Shown piece by piece: positions 10,001-18,400 of a stretch of 64,000 nt of DNA. The notes under the pieces were generated by a model. The model had not been told where the DNA came from, did no database searches, and saw only the letters and a list, made by a program, of their open reading frames with translations. How positions within the stretch are numbered: position 1 is the stretch's first letter; every line of letters starts with the position of its first letter. Origin of the DNA: an uncultured bacterium (lineage in GTDB: Bacteria > Patescibacteriota > JAHJAL01); NCBI GenBank assembly GCA_938004065.1, contig CALKWM010000038.1:66466-130465 (forward strand). The letters are read 5' to 3'. The position numbers and the translations under genes were made by a program.

Positions 10001-11621
10001 TTTTTGTTCCCACTACCTGAAATTGAACATTTCCTTTTCTGGAATTATTACTTGTTCTCTGAGTCATGCTCCAACCGCTGCCATCAGTATTTGAAGTTGC
10101 CGTCCAGATCTGATCCTGCAGATTATAAAACTCGCTCCAGGCATAATAGATTTTATCACCTACCACTTGCAGTTGTGGATTGTATTTACTCTGGGGCGTG
10201 GTAGTTGTTCTTTTTATTGAATCCCATTCGCTACCGTCACTATTGGATGACGCTGTCCATATCTGGTACCAACTGTCGTTGTGTTCCATCCAGGTGTAGT
10301 AAATTTTGTTGCCTGCCACCTGAAACTGCGGCTCATATCTCTCATCGGTATTGGTAGTTCTTTGTATTGTCGAGATAGTATTGCCATCCCCCTTTATCCA
10401 GGCTTCTGCTGTCATTTCGTTGGTAAGTTTTAGACTGAGATCATCAGTAATGGACACATAATCGTCTTCAGCAAAGGAAAGAGCGCTATCGCCCAGTTTT
10501 TGACTGGTCGTGTTCCAGGTTGGATCCTGACTGTCTGATCCGCTGGTTGAACCTAGTTGACCGTCATTATTATTGATTGAACTATCATTCACCGTCTGCC
10601 CGCTTGACTCATCAAAATGCCACAAACCAACTGTATTAATATCAGCCGGCAACTCATGATATTTTAATTCAACGCGTGGATCGCTGGTGGTCTGCAGGCG
10701 GTTTTCTTCACCGGCTTGAAACTCCCCCTGCGTGTTATGCACAATCGTCGGATCGATAATGACCGGATATTGCAAATCGGGATCAGAGAGCCAGTTTTTG
10801 TCGATGGTGATGGTGATGACATATCGTAAGGGCGAACCCTCGAGGTCGCCCTGGGCAGGCGCAAGGCCGGCCCGTACAACGGGCAGAATTTCCATCGAAA
10901 TATTTTTTGTTTCATTGCCATTGGAATCATGGGCGATTAATGGCAAGAAATGGGCAATGTAATTGTTTTGCTCGTCGGTAAAATAGTAGGTGCCGACCGG
11001 TAAATCGATCGAACTACCGGGAGCAACTTTATGCAAAATCATCCCTTCGTCGAGATTCAATTCATACAGATAACTATCATATACCGCGCCTTTACTACCA
11101 TTGACGATGATATTTTCTTTGAGACCGGTTTTTTCCAATGGAGATATTTCGACATCGATATCATCGATTACATTTTTGATAATTAATTTATCATTTTTTT
11201 GTGAGTATGATCGGTTGTTGACTACAGCCGATGGATCGATTTCACCTGAATTTATAACTGACTCAACATTGGTTGAATCCATAACATTTACCAGCGCAAA
11301 CTCGATGTCGTATTGTTTTTGACCAAAAATAGCATTGAAAATTTTACCGGTGAGATTGTGTTTCTGGTCGGCAATTGTGGAAAATTTTACTACCTGATCT
11401 TGGCCGGTTGTTTTGTCCCCAATTTCAATATCGATATTTTCTCCGCTATAGCTAAAGTTAGGTTTTTCAAAAAACAGAGTCTGTCTGAAGTTTCCATTTC
11501 CGGCCAGGGTGGCTTTGAGAAGCAGACTGCAAACAACTACCAAAAACATTGAAACGGTCAGGTATTTCAACAATTCCAAAATATGAATTTCTTGTTCTTT
11601 CTTGTATGGTTGATAACCCAT
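1077..11621 (-). CDS. giant secreted LamG/beta-propeller surface protein (3514 aa), paralog of 19768..30987; lacks the family C-terminal module
   Basis: Uninterrupted 10.5-kb ORF with TAA stop. N-terminal hydrophobic segment LTVSMFLVVVCSLLLKATLA. N-domain ends in YPVIIDPTIVHNTQGEF. Several LamG/Laminin_G_3-like jelly-roll signatures (AWIK..WHH.A.T.DG....Y.NG; IDE[VI][RK]IS.RALS.EEI). A 7-bladed Asp-box propeller of ~48-aa blades (PQLQVVGDKIYY.W.E....QIWTA..NTDGSGWS). Five ~70-aa blades (VIKDGSTYKMWY.G.DGS..RIYYATS.DGLTWTK). Ig-like Cys-containing modules. A C-terminal 2.x copies of a ~480-aa supra-repeat; the protein stops inside the third copy (...SYIWSTPDSP*). Confidence 0.9.
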   Translation of the reverse strand: MGYQPYKKEQEIHILELLKYLTVSMFLVVVCSLLLKATLAGNGNFRQTLFFEKPNFSYSGENIDIEIGDKTTGQDQVVKFSTIADQKHNLTGKIFNAIFGQKQYDIEFALVNVMDSTNVESVINSGEIDPSAVVNNRSYSQKNDKLIIKNVIDDIDVEISPLEKTGLKENIIVNGSKGAVYDSYLYELNLDEGMILHKVAPGSSIDLPVGTYYFTDEQNNYIAHFLPLIAHDSNGNETKNISMEILPVVRAGLAPAQGDLEGSPLRYVITITIDKNWLSDPDLQYPVIIDPTIVHNTQGEFQAGEENRLQTTSDPRVELKYHELPADINTVGLWHFDESSGQTVNDSSINNNDGQLGSTSGSDSQDPTWNTTSQKLGDSALSFAEDDYVSITDDLSLKLTNEMTAEAWIKGDGNTISTIQRTTNTDERYEPQFQVAGNKIYYTWMEHNDSWYQIWTASSNSDGSEWDSIKRTTTTPQSKYNPQLQVVGDKIYYAWSEFYNLQDQIWTATSNTDGSGWSMTQRTSNNSRKGNVQFQVVGTKIYFVWREYTGSYNQIWTATMNTDGTGWSAIQRTTSNYNKEYPQLQVVGDNIYFVWTERSGLFYQIWTATMKTDGSNWSATSRTSGNTSRYYPQQQVIGSKIYYTWYETDGDYQIWSGVVDLISNSWSATKLTDSNYDKTMPQLQVTGNKINYVWQEDDGSNNQIWIAGSDTDSQSFSTTKIIDNSYSKYSPQMQIVGSKFYFFYLQNDGTDDQIWTASYGSNIINKGDFYGLGIVGNTVEGFANGGIDTMKYNASAVSYSNGAMAEGTIDSTSWHHIAATFDGATINTYINGILTGTMTNPMPISTNGTSMTDYPLIIGDSFDGDIDEIKISNRALSPEEIYYDAQLRPYGEYTSDVIDLGINNPNYNSLSWEEYGVRTSDGETLENDQSLVAQWNFNETSGTTASDASGNGHTGTLTNFSSTGSQDAAAGTGWTANNRKWGTGSLMMDGTDDYVTVTHDSNLNPNTDSFSVAAWINLRACRADDYNSPIATKAAGDFDNGYSLLISGYVSDVVDCSPVFNVDTAGGPVYQAISTRKITPGWHYLVGVLDRNDDKVRIFVDGSLIDEQDGPGTTTIDPSNNLEIGRYNRTSRSRYEYFGGVIDSTQIYARALDADEILSNYQAGKIELQTRTGSDDTPEDGGWEEWKPADAGVITQLDDMDVNEENSFVYDWSIQNNSINQKWVKLNNSIPTRSDSSSTDGRIPFGNFTTGDDSGTSGPSVIYENGSYKMWYNGLDGSTGRIYYATSSDGLTWTKYDNTIPSSSNTTSTNGRIPLGTSGRGDSSGLAKGSVIKDGSTYKMWYAGSDGSNLRIYYATSPDGLTWTKYDNTIPSNSNTTSTNGRIPLGTSGRGDSSSVTNPHVIKDGSIYKMWYQGSDGSSARIFQATSPDGLNWTKTDNTIPTSSNQVSTNGRIALGISSGDSVSVFDPHVIKDGSTYKMWYSGASTTVHYRIFYATSIDGQTWVKFNNTTPLTSNSSSTEGRVPLGTSGTGDESWVSYPSVIKTDQGYMMWYRGATSGDSRIYFAQLSAMPYGLNSDESFGIENGKSTKINVGYIQPDEETVGLWHFEETAGSSDYLKDVSGNGYNGTPNGTSISTGYSGQSRYFNGISDNINLSSHISGLEGRNQGTIEMWFKSTAAGPIFSITDKDANTDLAHLYVGSVTSLCDDESISYYLRRGGTNQLGMFVREGHEKYLDGAWHHVVVATGDGDNRIFIDGERKAIENCSFGSVSANEFTNINNPDSIYIGHYDTLGTDLYHTGNIDEVRISDVARTPEEIAEAYRAGASHYLTRSLASPVDLSSNNKLTYYIASDSPGTHINTTVGESPYANGQPDTNTVGLWHLDGDNKDKLTYDLSGTTIRTIDWVEVDPNANKISQNNGIVLSAGTVAAWDSGVISRGTFAREAGKQLYARFRTSTSVAPPNHMMIGWGQNQTSSGSYSTLTHGLYFNGGTFYVYQDGASTGGPYGSGYVANTTYEVRITLLSNGGARYEIKGGVYTNWTTLLATDNAKVNESLRVQIAQYRHTGTFQEISVLDNPIAVDSSGYNHEGRGFETKTTQGKTGNARYFDGIDDYVTVLDSDGLSPSSVTLDAWVKINSYKTSSLIVGKGGEYWFGYDYTSTGCTASRFGFMVYDGDWQCASSSFQPQLDTWYHLTGTLNGSNIYIYVNGQLSGGPVAQGAIVNSTNNFDIGSYSGAPYSYAFNGTIDEVRLSNTIRTAEEIRQAYEIGKRTHMATIDFGASLDSGNLISGSGDTSFTVDATTRGLSQKASNLFIGDKIIVRENYDGTEYIAQGTVNTVNQSTGAVTVFLWDAGGTFPSGGYTANADVFKWQKETFDIFGAMPSHIDAIDELSFRFLDGNQGRTFWIDDIGIVANDGYLTDNTNATITSTPNQYFQYKAILTTTDPDPTPGLGPITLDYEGDLSMTAASTSQSYMNTNNIAAFNIQCNGVTASSTGNTVTCYGSWNQTNWFEIDQTISPLSNATIQDDEDVSSWTGYPLGNGTVTLYARAGESGDYTDTFSFNIEKDVSRPAVTSITSVAGDTSVPYSDGTDNSSTFVVYTASADATSCKWDESDLTYGAMANTCISTTNCTLDLSGEGQKDVYFRCLDIAGNYSDSSYHLTYYIDIDPDIVLLDAGPSSSDRTSLTSDTWFNYSQTGSDDQISFVWTDPSSPSDDYFYYLENDSSVNAISNTNLVGWWNFEDDTITTALDHSGQENHATLYGTSTTSGNLGLARSFNGTSDYLHDNALASSIPGNLTVTGWIKASTIPVYQERIIDLAQAGDAGLQVCIDTSGNILLENSGGPSGVVYGGNATDNNWHHFAVTRSGTTYEFFVDGISKGTTSGSAPTYSQMYFGRRQTGGDFYAGQIDDTKIFTRALSSTEILNEYQIRLTQNNYLDSQTATEGTFYKHIRPINGVDSWGTEYQFIEKYDKTAPTLSASGNSEQWYSINPSITLTTIDNHSGLNYSKYSWDSNDSTCRSSGTNFNNSDSINIPSNGTHVLYLCNQDNVNNQNSWSGIYKLDNTTPDLASIDAGQSSADRTSLTSDQWFGYTDTGSDDQISFSWTDPASPSDDYFYYLENDSSVAAFNESDLAAWWNFENDNTATAWDHSVNNNEGTFNGSTISTGQLGNGRYFDGSDDEIQITDHNTLKPATNLTVSAWFKTEDKSIASQQIISKTRHSGYSLSLSNTQLCFAVSDGYNSYKYACISNAAINNDTWYHVAGTYDGSNVKLYLDGQFQTQTVMTTNIYYMDSVLCIGAEAGTLGNICENYYFKGDIDEAKIYTRTLTDTEINNEYLRRLTTNPYLDNQLVTEGIYYKHIRPFTGADNWGTERQFIEKYDKTNPLVSADNSSDRWYGSNPTITLSTTDTSSGINYSKYSWDSDDSTCRSSGTLFNNLDTINIISNGFHRLYLCNEDNTGGMGSWSGVYKLNTIVPDILAIDSGPSASDRTSFTTAEWFNFFDTGSDDRGSYIWSTPDSP
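7440..7900 (-). repeat. near-identical ~220-bp intragenic tandem repeats (propeller blades 2-3 of 1077..11621)
   Basis: For example, 7478..7560 and 7698..7780 differ at only a few positions (cccagcggaatgcgaccgttggttgaagtggt.ttggag.ttgaaggaatagtattgtcatatttggtcca.gtaagaccatcgg). They encode IPS.SNTTSTNGRIPLGTSGRGDSS... Confidence 0.7.
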
Positions 11622-11659
11622 ATATGATAAAAGAATAATATGATTTGAGAAATCTTATT

Positions 11660-11688
11660 ATTGTAGCATATTTATCTTTTTTTTGCAA
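11660..11688 (-). promoter_or_regulatory. sigma70-like promoter of 1077..11621 (-35 TTGCAA, 17-bp spacer, extended -10 TGcTACAAT)
   Basis: Minus-strand sequence CCCATAAAAACCTTGCAA-AAAAAAGATAAATATGC-TACAAT-AATAAGATTT lies 40-70 bp upstream of the ATG. It is near-identical to the module upstream of 32390..50551. Confidence 0.6.
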
Positions 11689-11848
11689 GGTTTTTATGGG
11701 AAAAAACATTTTTTACATTTATGTCATGAAATGGCTTATTGGGTGGGGGTTTTGGGGTGAGTTCAAAAAACCCTGAAATAGTTTTTCAGAGTTTTTTGCT
11801 ATGTAAACAAAATGAACAACGATTGGAGAGAAAAATGTAAAGTACCAA

Positions 11849-11901
11849 GATCCTGAATCGCTCGAGTATTCGCTTCGCTCATCTCGGGTTCAGGATGACA
11901 A
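11849..11901 (+). repeat. palindromic intergenic element, copy A (GATCCTGAA-N36-TTCAGGATGACAA)
   Basis: 8-bp outer stem ATCCTGAA/TTCAGGAT, an inner CTCGAG..CTCGGG stem (one G-U pair) and a conserved 3' GATGACAA tail. Lies between the 11950..19683 stop and the 1077..11621 promoter. Confidence 0.6.
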
Positions 11902-11949
11902 TAGTCTGTGATTTACTTGGAGATTGGATATTGGTACTTGGAAATTAAC

Positions 11950-12430
11950 TTAGTAACTCGATGTCGCAATATAGATAATCTCGGTCGCGTAGAAACCGGT
12001 AGTGGTAAATGTAGGTGAGAGATTCAATCGATAACCGATTCTGGTTTGTTCTAGGCCCGGTCCGGTGGAACCGGCAACGGGGTAATAATCGGTAGAGAAA
12101 CCGGCCCATTTGTTGCCACCGCCGGAAGTAAATCGATCGGGGTCACCACCTTCCGGAATAGTTGAGTCGGTGGTGGTGTAACCAAAATATCCATTGGAGC
12201 TAGGTACCAGCCAGGTGGTGGGAGAGGTGTTGGTACCGGTGAAATCATTGATATCGGTCGGACCGGAAAGCTTGCCGGTATAGCGAACTACGAGTAGGTA
12301 ACCATTATCCGAATTGGTGTCAACCGTGATATCGTGGGCGGCGATTTTGTTGTCTCCACCGGAGATATTGCCAAAAGGTAGAGTGTTGGGTGAGGTGGTG
12401 GCAAAATTGGTGGCGGAACCATTTACATTG
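11950..12430 (-). other. conserved C-terminal module (WxL-like?) of the giant-protein family; homologous modules at 19768..20250 and 32390..32840
   Basis: Last ~150 aa of 11950..19683, 19768..30987 and 32390..50551. The three align at L.FG.L.V....V.....GY.V, at DFTGTN..P..W..P...G.FGY.T.DST, and at the terminal G.Y..T.[IVL].[YI]V....Y*. Confidence 0.55.
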
Positions 12431-15400
12431 GCTCCACTGGGGACAGCGGCGCGAGACATGTCAAATGTGATAAAGGTAGGAATATTGGCCATAATTTCAA
12501 GACCTTCATTGATATAGACTTTGGCGTCGCGCAGTTCACTCGTGTCGCCGGTACCGTCGGCGGTCGAGTAAATGCCGATATCGACATTGTATGGGCCGAC
12601 TACCGGTGGATTGGTGATTTGATTGGTACCACCCAGTTCAAAGCGCAGTGTGCCGTCGGTGCTATCGAGCTGGCCGGTGAATGGAAATACGACCGAGTTG
12701 TTGACGGTATCGACAATCTCACTGTTTGACCAAGTAATATTGCCACCGGTGGCTTGCACATCGGCGGCGGTTATACCACTAAAATCAAATTCCGGTGCGA
12801 ATACAATTTTTACCGATCCATCGATAGTTGAAGAGGTTATAACGTTGGTGTAGAGTATGTTGCTGGCGCCGGAGGCGTGGCTAGGACGAGGGTCGGACAG
12901 GATCACTTCCAGGGCGGCTTCGGCTTCGGTAATATAGAAAAATCGTGACGTGTCGGAGGTGATTATGGTATCGGCTGCATCATGAACCTCCACTTTGACA
13001 TGAGCGTAGAGTGAAGCGGCTTTGGGAACGATCCATTCATAACTACCATAGATAACCGAACCGCCGGAATGGGAAACGTCACTGGCAATCAACGTCCAAA
13101 TATTACCGGCATCCAAACTGTAGTAAATATCAGCAGTATCGGCGTTACCGCCGTCATTGTAAGTCGTCCATTCGATATCGTGAGTACTGCCCGGTACCCA
13201 GGTTTCACCACCATTGGGCGAAGTGATATTAACGCCATGATTGTCGTAGAGGATGTTACCGGGGTTTTTATACATTTTCCCGGGTGAATAGTCAGATACC
13301 GGATAAGCGCCCCAGGTGTTCTGGTAAGCATCGACGGTGGTACCGCCGGCCGGAGTTTGGAACGGGGAAGAAGTATTGCGAACATAGTAACTGCCGGCAT
13401 CGACATAATTTCCGCGCATTTGTACTCCACTGGCGATATTGCGGCCCAGAACGCCGGTGGTAACGGTATCGATATAGTTGTTATTTAACTCCAAATAGTC
13501 GCTGGCGGAATAGACATAGACCCCGGTGTTAAAATTTTTGATAGTGTTGTAGTCAAAGATCGTACCGGCCACCGGATTGTTGAATACAACCCCATAGTCG
13601 CTGGCGGAATCAAAGGTGTTGTGATGAATACTGGCCCGGGAATTACCAACATATAAACCAAAATTCGTGTAGTTAAAATTATTGTAAGCAATTTCAATCT
13701 CATTGGCAGTCGCGTCTTCCAGCGCCAGTGTGTTGTTTTCTTCGAACAGAAAACTGTCGCCCGGATTACCACCCCCGTAGCGAAAATTGGTATATTTGAC
13801 TGCTCCCGACGGACTGTTCCCGCCACTACCAAGAAAGTGAACCGATTGCCAATCACTTTTGGCCGGCGTGGTGGCATTGCCATCATTGTTAGTGTCACCG
13901 CCAATGGAATCGTCTAAAATTGATGTGAAAGTGATGTTTTCATCGGCGGTACCAGAAGCGTTTAGAGTACCATATACTATCAATTCTGAATTATTAGCAT
14001 TATCCATCTTGATCACCGCGCCCGGCTCGACATTTAACACCGCTCCGTTGGGTACGTTACAATCATATGTATCAATATCTATATAGTAAGGAAATTCTTT
14101 TTGCAAAGTGCGGGTGCCGTCAAAACTGGTGCCCCAGAAATCACACTTGATCTGAATGCCGCTAACGCCACTGTTGGTAACGCTGTTGTCGCCGGTAAAA
14201 GTAATGTTGGTTTCATTATTTGGGTGGGCCAAGTAGATCGCCGCGTTGGTTGTATTGGCAATATTAATGTTAGTCGCGGTCACGTCGGCATTTTCCAGCC
14301 GGATGCCGTAGTAGTTGGAATTCATGATGGTGATATCGGACAATGTCGGCTCAGTGCGGCTGTTAGTGTTATGTCCCTGAATGTCAATCGGGGCGTAGAT
14401 TGATCCTCCTCCTCCGGTGGCGGCGGCGCCGCCATAGTGAAATTCGACGTGGTTGAGACTGCCGGTGGCCACGCCCTGATCAGCCAGAAACCAGATGCCT
14501 CCCCAGTCGCCGGCGGCGGGAGTGGTGGCCGAACCGTCACCATTGGTGTCGCCGCCATGCTCATCGTCATATTGAGAAGTAAAAATTATTGGTTCGTTGG
14601 CGGTGCCGTTGGCCACGATGGTACCATAATTGTAAATAATCCTGTCATAACTAGCATTGAGGCCGGTTTTTATCACTGTGCCCGGTTCGATTGTCCACGT
14701 TACACCATTGTTGACATAAACAGAACCAGCAGTCGAAAAAATATAAGGAAAATCACTTTCCCAGGTAGTATTTCGATTAAAATTCTGGGTATGGCCATAT
14801 CCGATTCCCAGATATACTTCTATGCCATTTATGCCATTATCGGTGGCGGTATTGGTACCGGAAAAACGCACCGCGCTGGCGCTGCCTGGACCGTCCATAA
14901 ATATGGCGGCGCCGACGTTGTCAACGGCGGTAAAATTATTAACTGGCACGTCGGCATGGTAGATATCCAAACCATGACTGGCCGAGTGCTCAAAAGTAAC
15001 ATTATTAAATTCAGGCTCATCCTGACCGCGATCATTATGTTCGCGAACCCTTACTATTCCTTCATAGCCGGTCACGCCACCATATCGAAAAATGGTATGG
15101 TCCATCGTGCCGGTAGCCACGCCATTTGTGCTGACGAAAGATAAATATGGCCAATCGCCGGCTGCTGGTAAAGTCGCCGATCCGTCATTATTGGTATCAC
15201 CGCCAACCGAATCATCTCTGATAGACGTAAAATAAACAGGTTGATCCGAAGTACCATTGGAATTAAGGGTGCCATATATTTCCATCAAATTAGCCGCACC
15301 GATAGCAAATTTTAAAACCGCACCTTTTTCGATCGTGACTTCAGAGCCATTGTTGACTGTGGGGTGATATGAACCTATACCAACCATATAATAAGGAAGG

Positions 15401-18400
15401 TCGTTATAGAAAGTACGGGAGGATAATGTATTACCGCCGAATACATAATTAGCCTGGACTCCATTGATACCATTATTGTCAACTGTGTTTTGTCCTAGAA
15501 ACTCGACTCCAGTATTATCAGCAGAACTTGTTAAGTAGATAGCCGCACTGCCGTTATTGTTAAAATTGGCGTTGCTTATGATCGGATTCGCGCGATACAG
15601 ATATATCCCCTGATCCTGGCTGTATTCAAAAATACAGTTATTAAAAGTCGGTTCCACTTCTCCATAGTTATTGTGATCAATAATATAAACATTGCCATAA
15701 ATGTCTCCACCACCATAACGGAAAGTAGTATAGTCGATCGTTCCAGTGGCTTCTCCGGACTGAGCCTCAAAAGATAATTGATACCAGTCGCCTTTGGCCG
15801 GTAGAGTGGCCGAACCATTGTTGTTAGTGTCACAGGGCTTGTGTTCGATACAATTACCTTCGCTGTCAAACCATTCCGGATGAGTGGAAAAGCCGACTGT
15901 ATCATCTTTGAGAGAGGTAAAATAAACTCGATTTTCCGCTGTCCCCTGACTCAACAGATTGCCATCAATTTGCATTTTGCTATTTGAAGCAAATTTAATA
16001 ATCGTACCTTCTTCTAGGGTTAAATTGACAGAGTCACCCACGAACGGGTAGCTGGCACCTTCGATGATATATGGATAATCATTGGTAAAAGTGGTATCGT
16101 CCCACATTGTTCGAACGTAGTAATTGGGAGTGATACGAATGCCATTGGTGCCACAGTTTTCGATCACGTTTGAACCATCAAGAAGAATATTGGTACGATA
16201 TGGGCCATAGAACTGGATGGCGTCACCGCCCATGTTTTTTATGGTTACATTGGTAGCATTAACGAATACCCGGTCCAAGTACATTCCATCACCACTACCA
16301 TTGATAATTGTTACATGATCAAAGTTTGGATTTTGCTTGTTGTAACTTTCGTGATCATAAAAACGTACAGCATAATTGGCGCTGTATCTGATTTCAGCAT
16401 TATAAATATTGCCCATGCCTTGATAGCTGGCGTTACTACCGCTGAAAAATATAGCGCCATCATAGTTTCCCCATACACCGGGAGTTGGTTGGGTAGTAAA
16501 CCCATCTCGACCGGTGTCGCCGTCGGGAGTTGAGTCGTCATAGATGTGAGTAAAAATCACCGGTCTAGCGTCGGCACCGGTCGGATCGCCAACATTGAGG
16601 GTGCCTTGTACAATTAAACCTTCGCCATTGTTGGCGGTTTCGATGTGTTTTACAATAGTGCCGGGTTGAATAGTGAGGGTATTTCCGGCGGGAACCGTTG
16701 GTTGATTGTCGATACAAACCACGGCTACATCGCCATAATCATCATCCGGTGGCCAGGTGCCGGATACACTTCCGCCCACATAAGTATAATCACACCCCGG
16801 ATCATTACCGCCGGCCGGTCCACAGACGGTACTGCCAGTATCGGAAGCGACATCGGTGGCGCCACCGGGCAATGAACTGGGATCGGTGCAGCGGTCGGAA
16901 TAAGCCATATTCAAGCCGTTTTCGTCAGTCCAGGTGTAGTAACCATCACAGGTATCGTCAATCACCAGATCGGGATTAAATTTATTGGAATAGGAAGCGG
17001 CCCGGGTGCGGACGATTTCATTGTCTAGATTATTGAACATCTTGGACGTCTTGAGATAACCATTAGCTCCCATCATAAACCCCGTTGATGTATGAGCGGA
17101 AATCGGGTCACGGGGGTTCCAGATTGTAAATAAATCATTATCAAATAACTGCCACTCAGCATCGTTTCGATATTCATTATGACCGGCAAACCGGTCGATA
17201 TATTGTCCTTTGCTGTAAGACAAATCAAGATTATAACGAGCGAACCAAACTTGATCTTCGGTTGGTATCTCGGGAACAGGCGTAGTCAAGACATTTCGTG
17301 CTCCGTTGCGGATATCGCTCATGTATATGTAGCTGTTGTCTGCATAAATCTCCAAATCGGTGGCGTTGATAAAAGCACTACAGTTGGGAGTATGTTCACA
17401 TAATTCCGCCGAGTAGGTTTCAATCCGAGATTGAGAATAATTTGATCCACTTGTTTGGACCTTCCCCAGATAAATATCCGGTCCCGGGGGATAATTGGTG
17501 TTACCATTAAAATCGATAGTAGAGGGCATCACACTTTTGTTTTTGAAAATTGTATATATCCAACCATTATCAATATAAAAATTGTGTTCCATGTTGACGT
17601 AATTTGTTGCAATAAATGTTTGTTGAGCACTAGAAACTGCAGACCAGTTATTGTTGCCTAAGTCAGTCGTAGCCCAGTACAAAACATCATTTCTTGTCCC
17701 GCCAACCCAGATATGATAAACCTTGCTTTCTGATGGTATCACTTGCACATAACTGGCTTCGCCAACACCAGCGCCGGTGAGTGAACGAACATAATTTGTG
17801 AAAACCCGATTGGTAGAGGACAAAGTGGCTGTGGAAATATCATATACGGCGGTGACGTGGTTTTGGGTTTGACCCTGCCGCCAGGAAAGATAAATTTTAT
17901 TGTTATAATAATCCGATCGTAGCATTTGTACATCATTGCTGGTGGTTTGCTGGGTGTTTATAAAAGTACCTTCCGGATCCGAAATATCGGCACTGCCGAT
18001 CCAGACATTGCCGCTGGTGTAATTATTGGTTGCCGAATTATGTACAAAATAAAGCTTGTCGCCGATTTTGAACATATTGGACAAAAGGCCGGCGTAAGAG
18101 CTGGAAAGATTGTACGGTTCCCACGTACCGGCCGAATCCGCCGTACCGGAAAAACCATCAGCATAGCTGTAACTAACTGTGTATTCGGTGTTACCTTCCA
18201 AACCGCCTACTGTGAGTGGCGGCGACCAGTCGGAATAGGTTTGGTAATATGGATCTTCGCCGAGTGTTAGATCGGGCTGGACATAAGCGACAGCATTATC
18301 TTTTGTATTAATAAATTTCAAAGCATAGGTGGTTTGCAAGGGGTCTTGATCTTCTTCCGAGAAATCAATTGTTAGATTGGTACAATCTGAACTGGTGATG

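Noticed and set aside
14437-15144. 235-aa plus-strand ORF and many other 60-180-aa ORFs antisense to, or out of frame within, the giant genes (e.g. 41111..41608, 46180..46716, 34031..34459, 7418..7903)
   Set aside because: They lie entirely inside long, clearly coding minus-strand ORFs and within repetitive GC-richer DNA, which suppresses stops in other frames. No independent signals, so they are artefacts.
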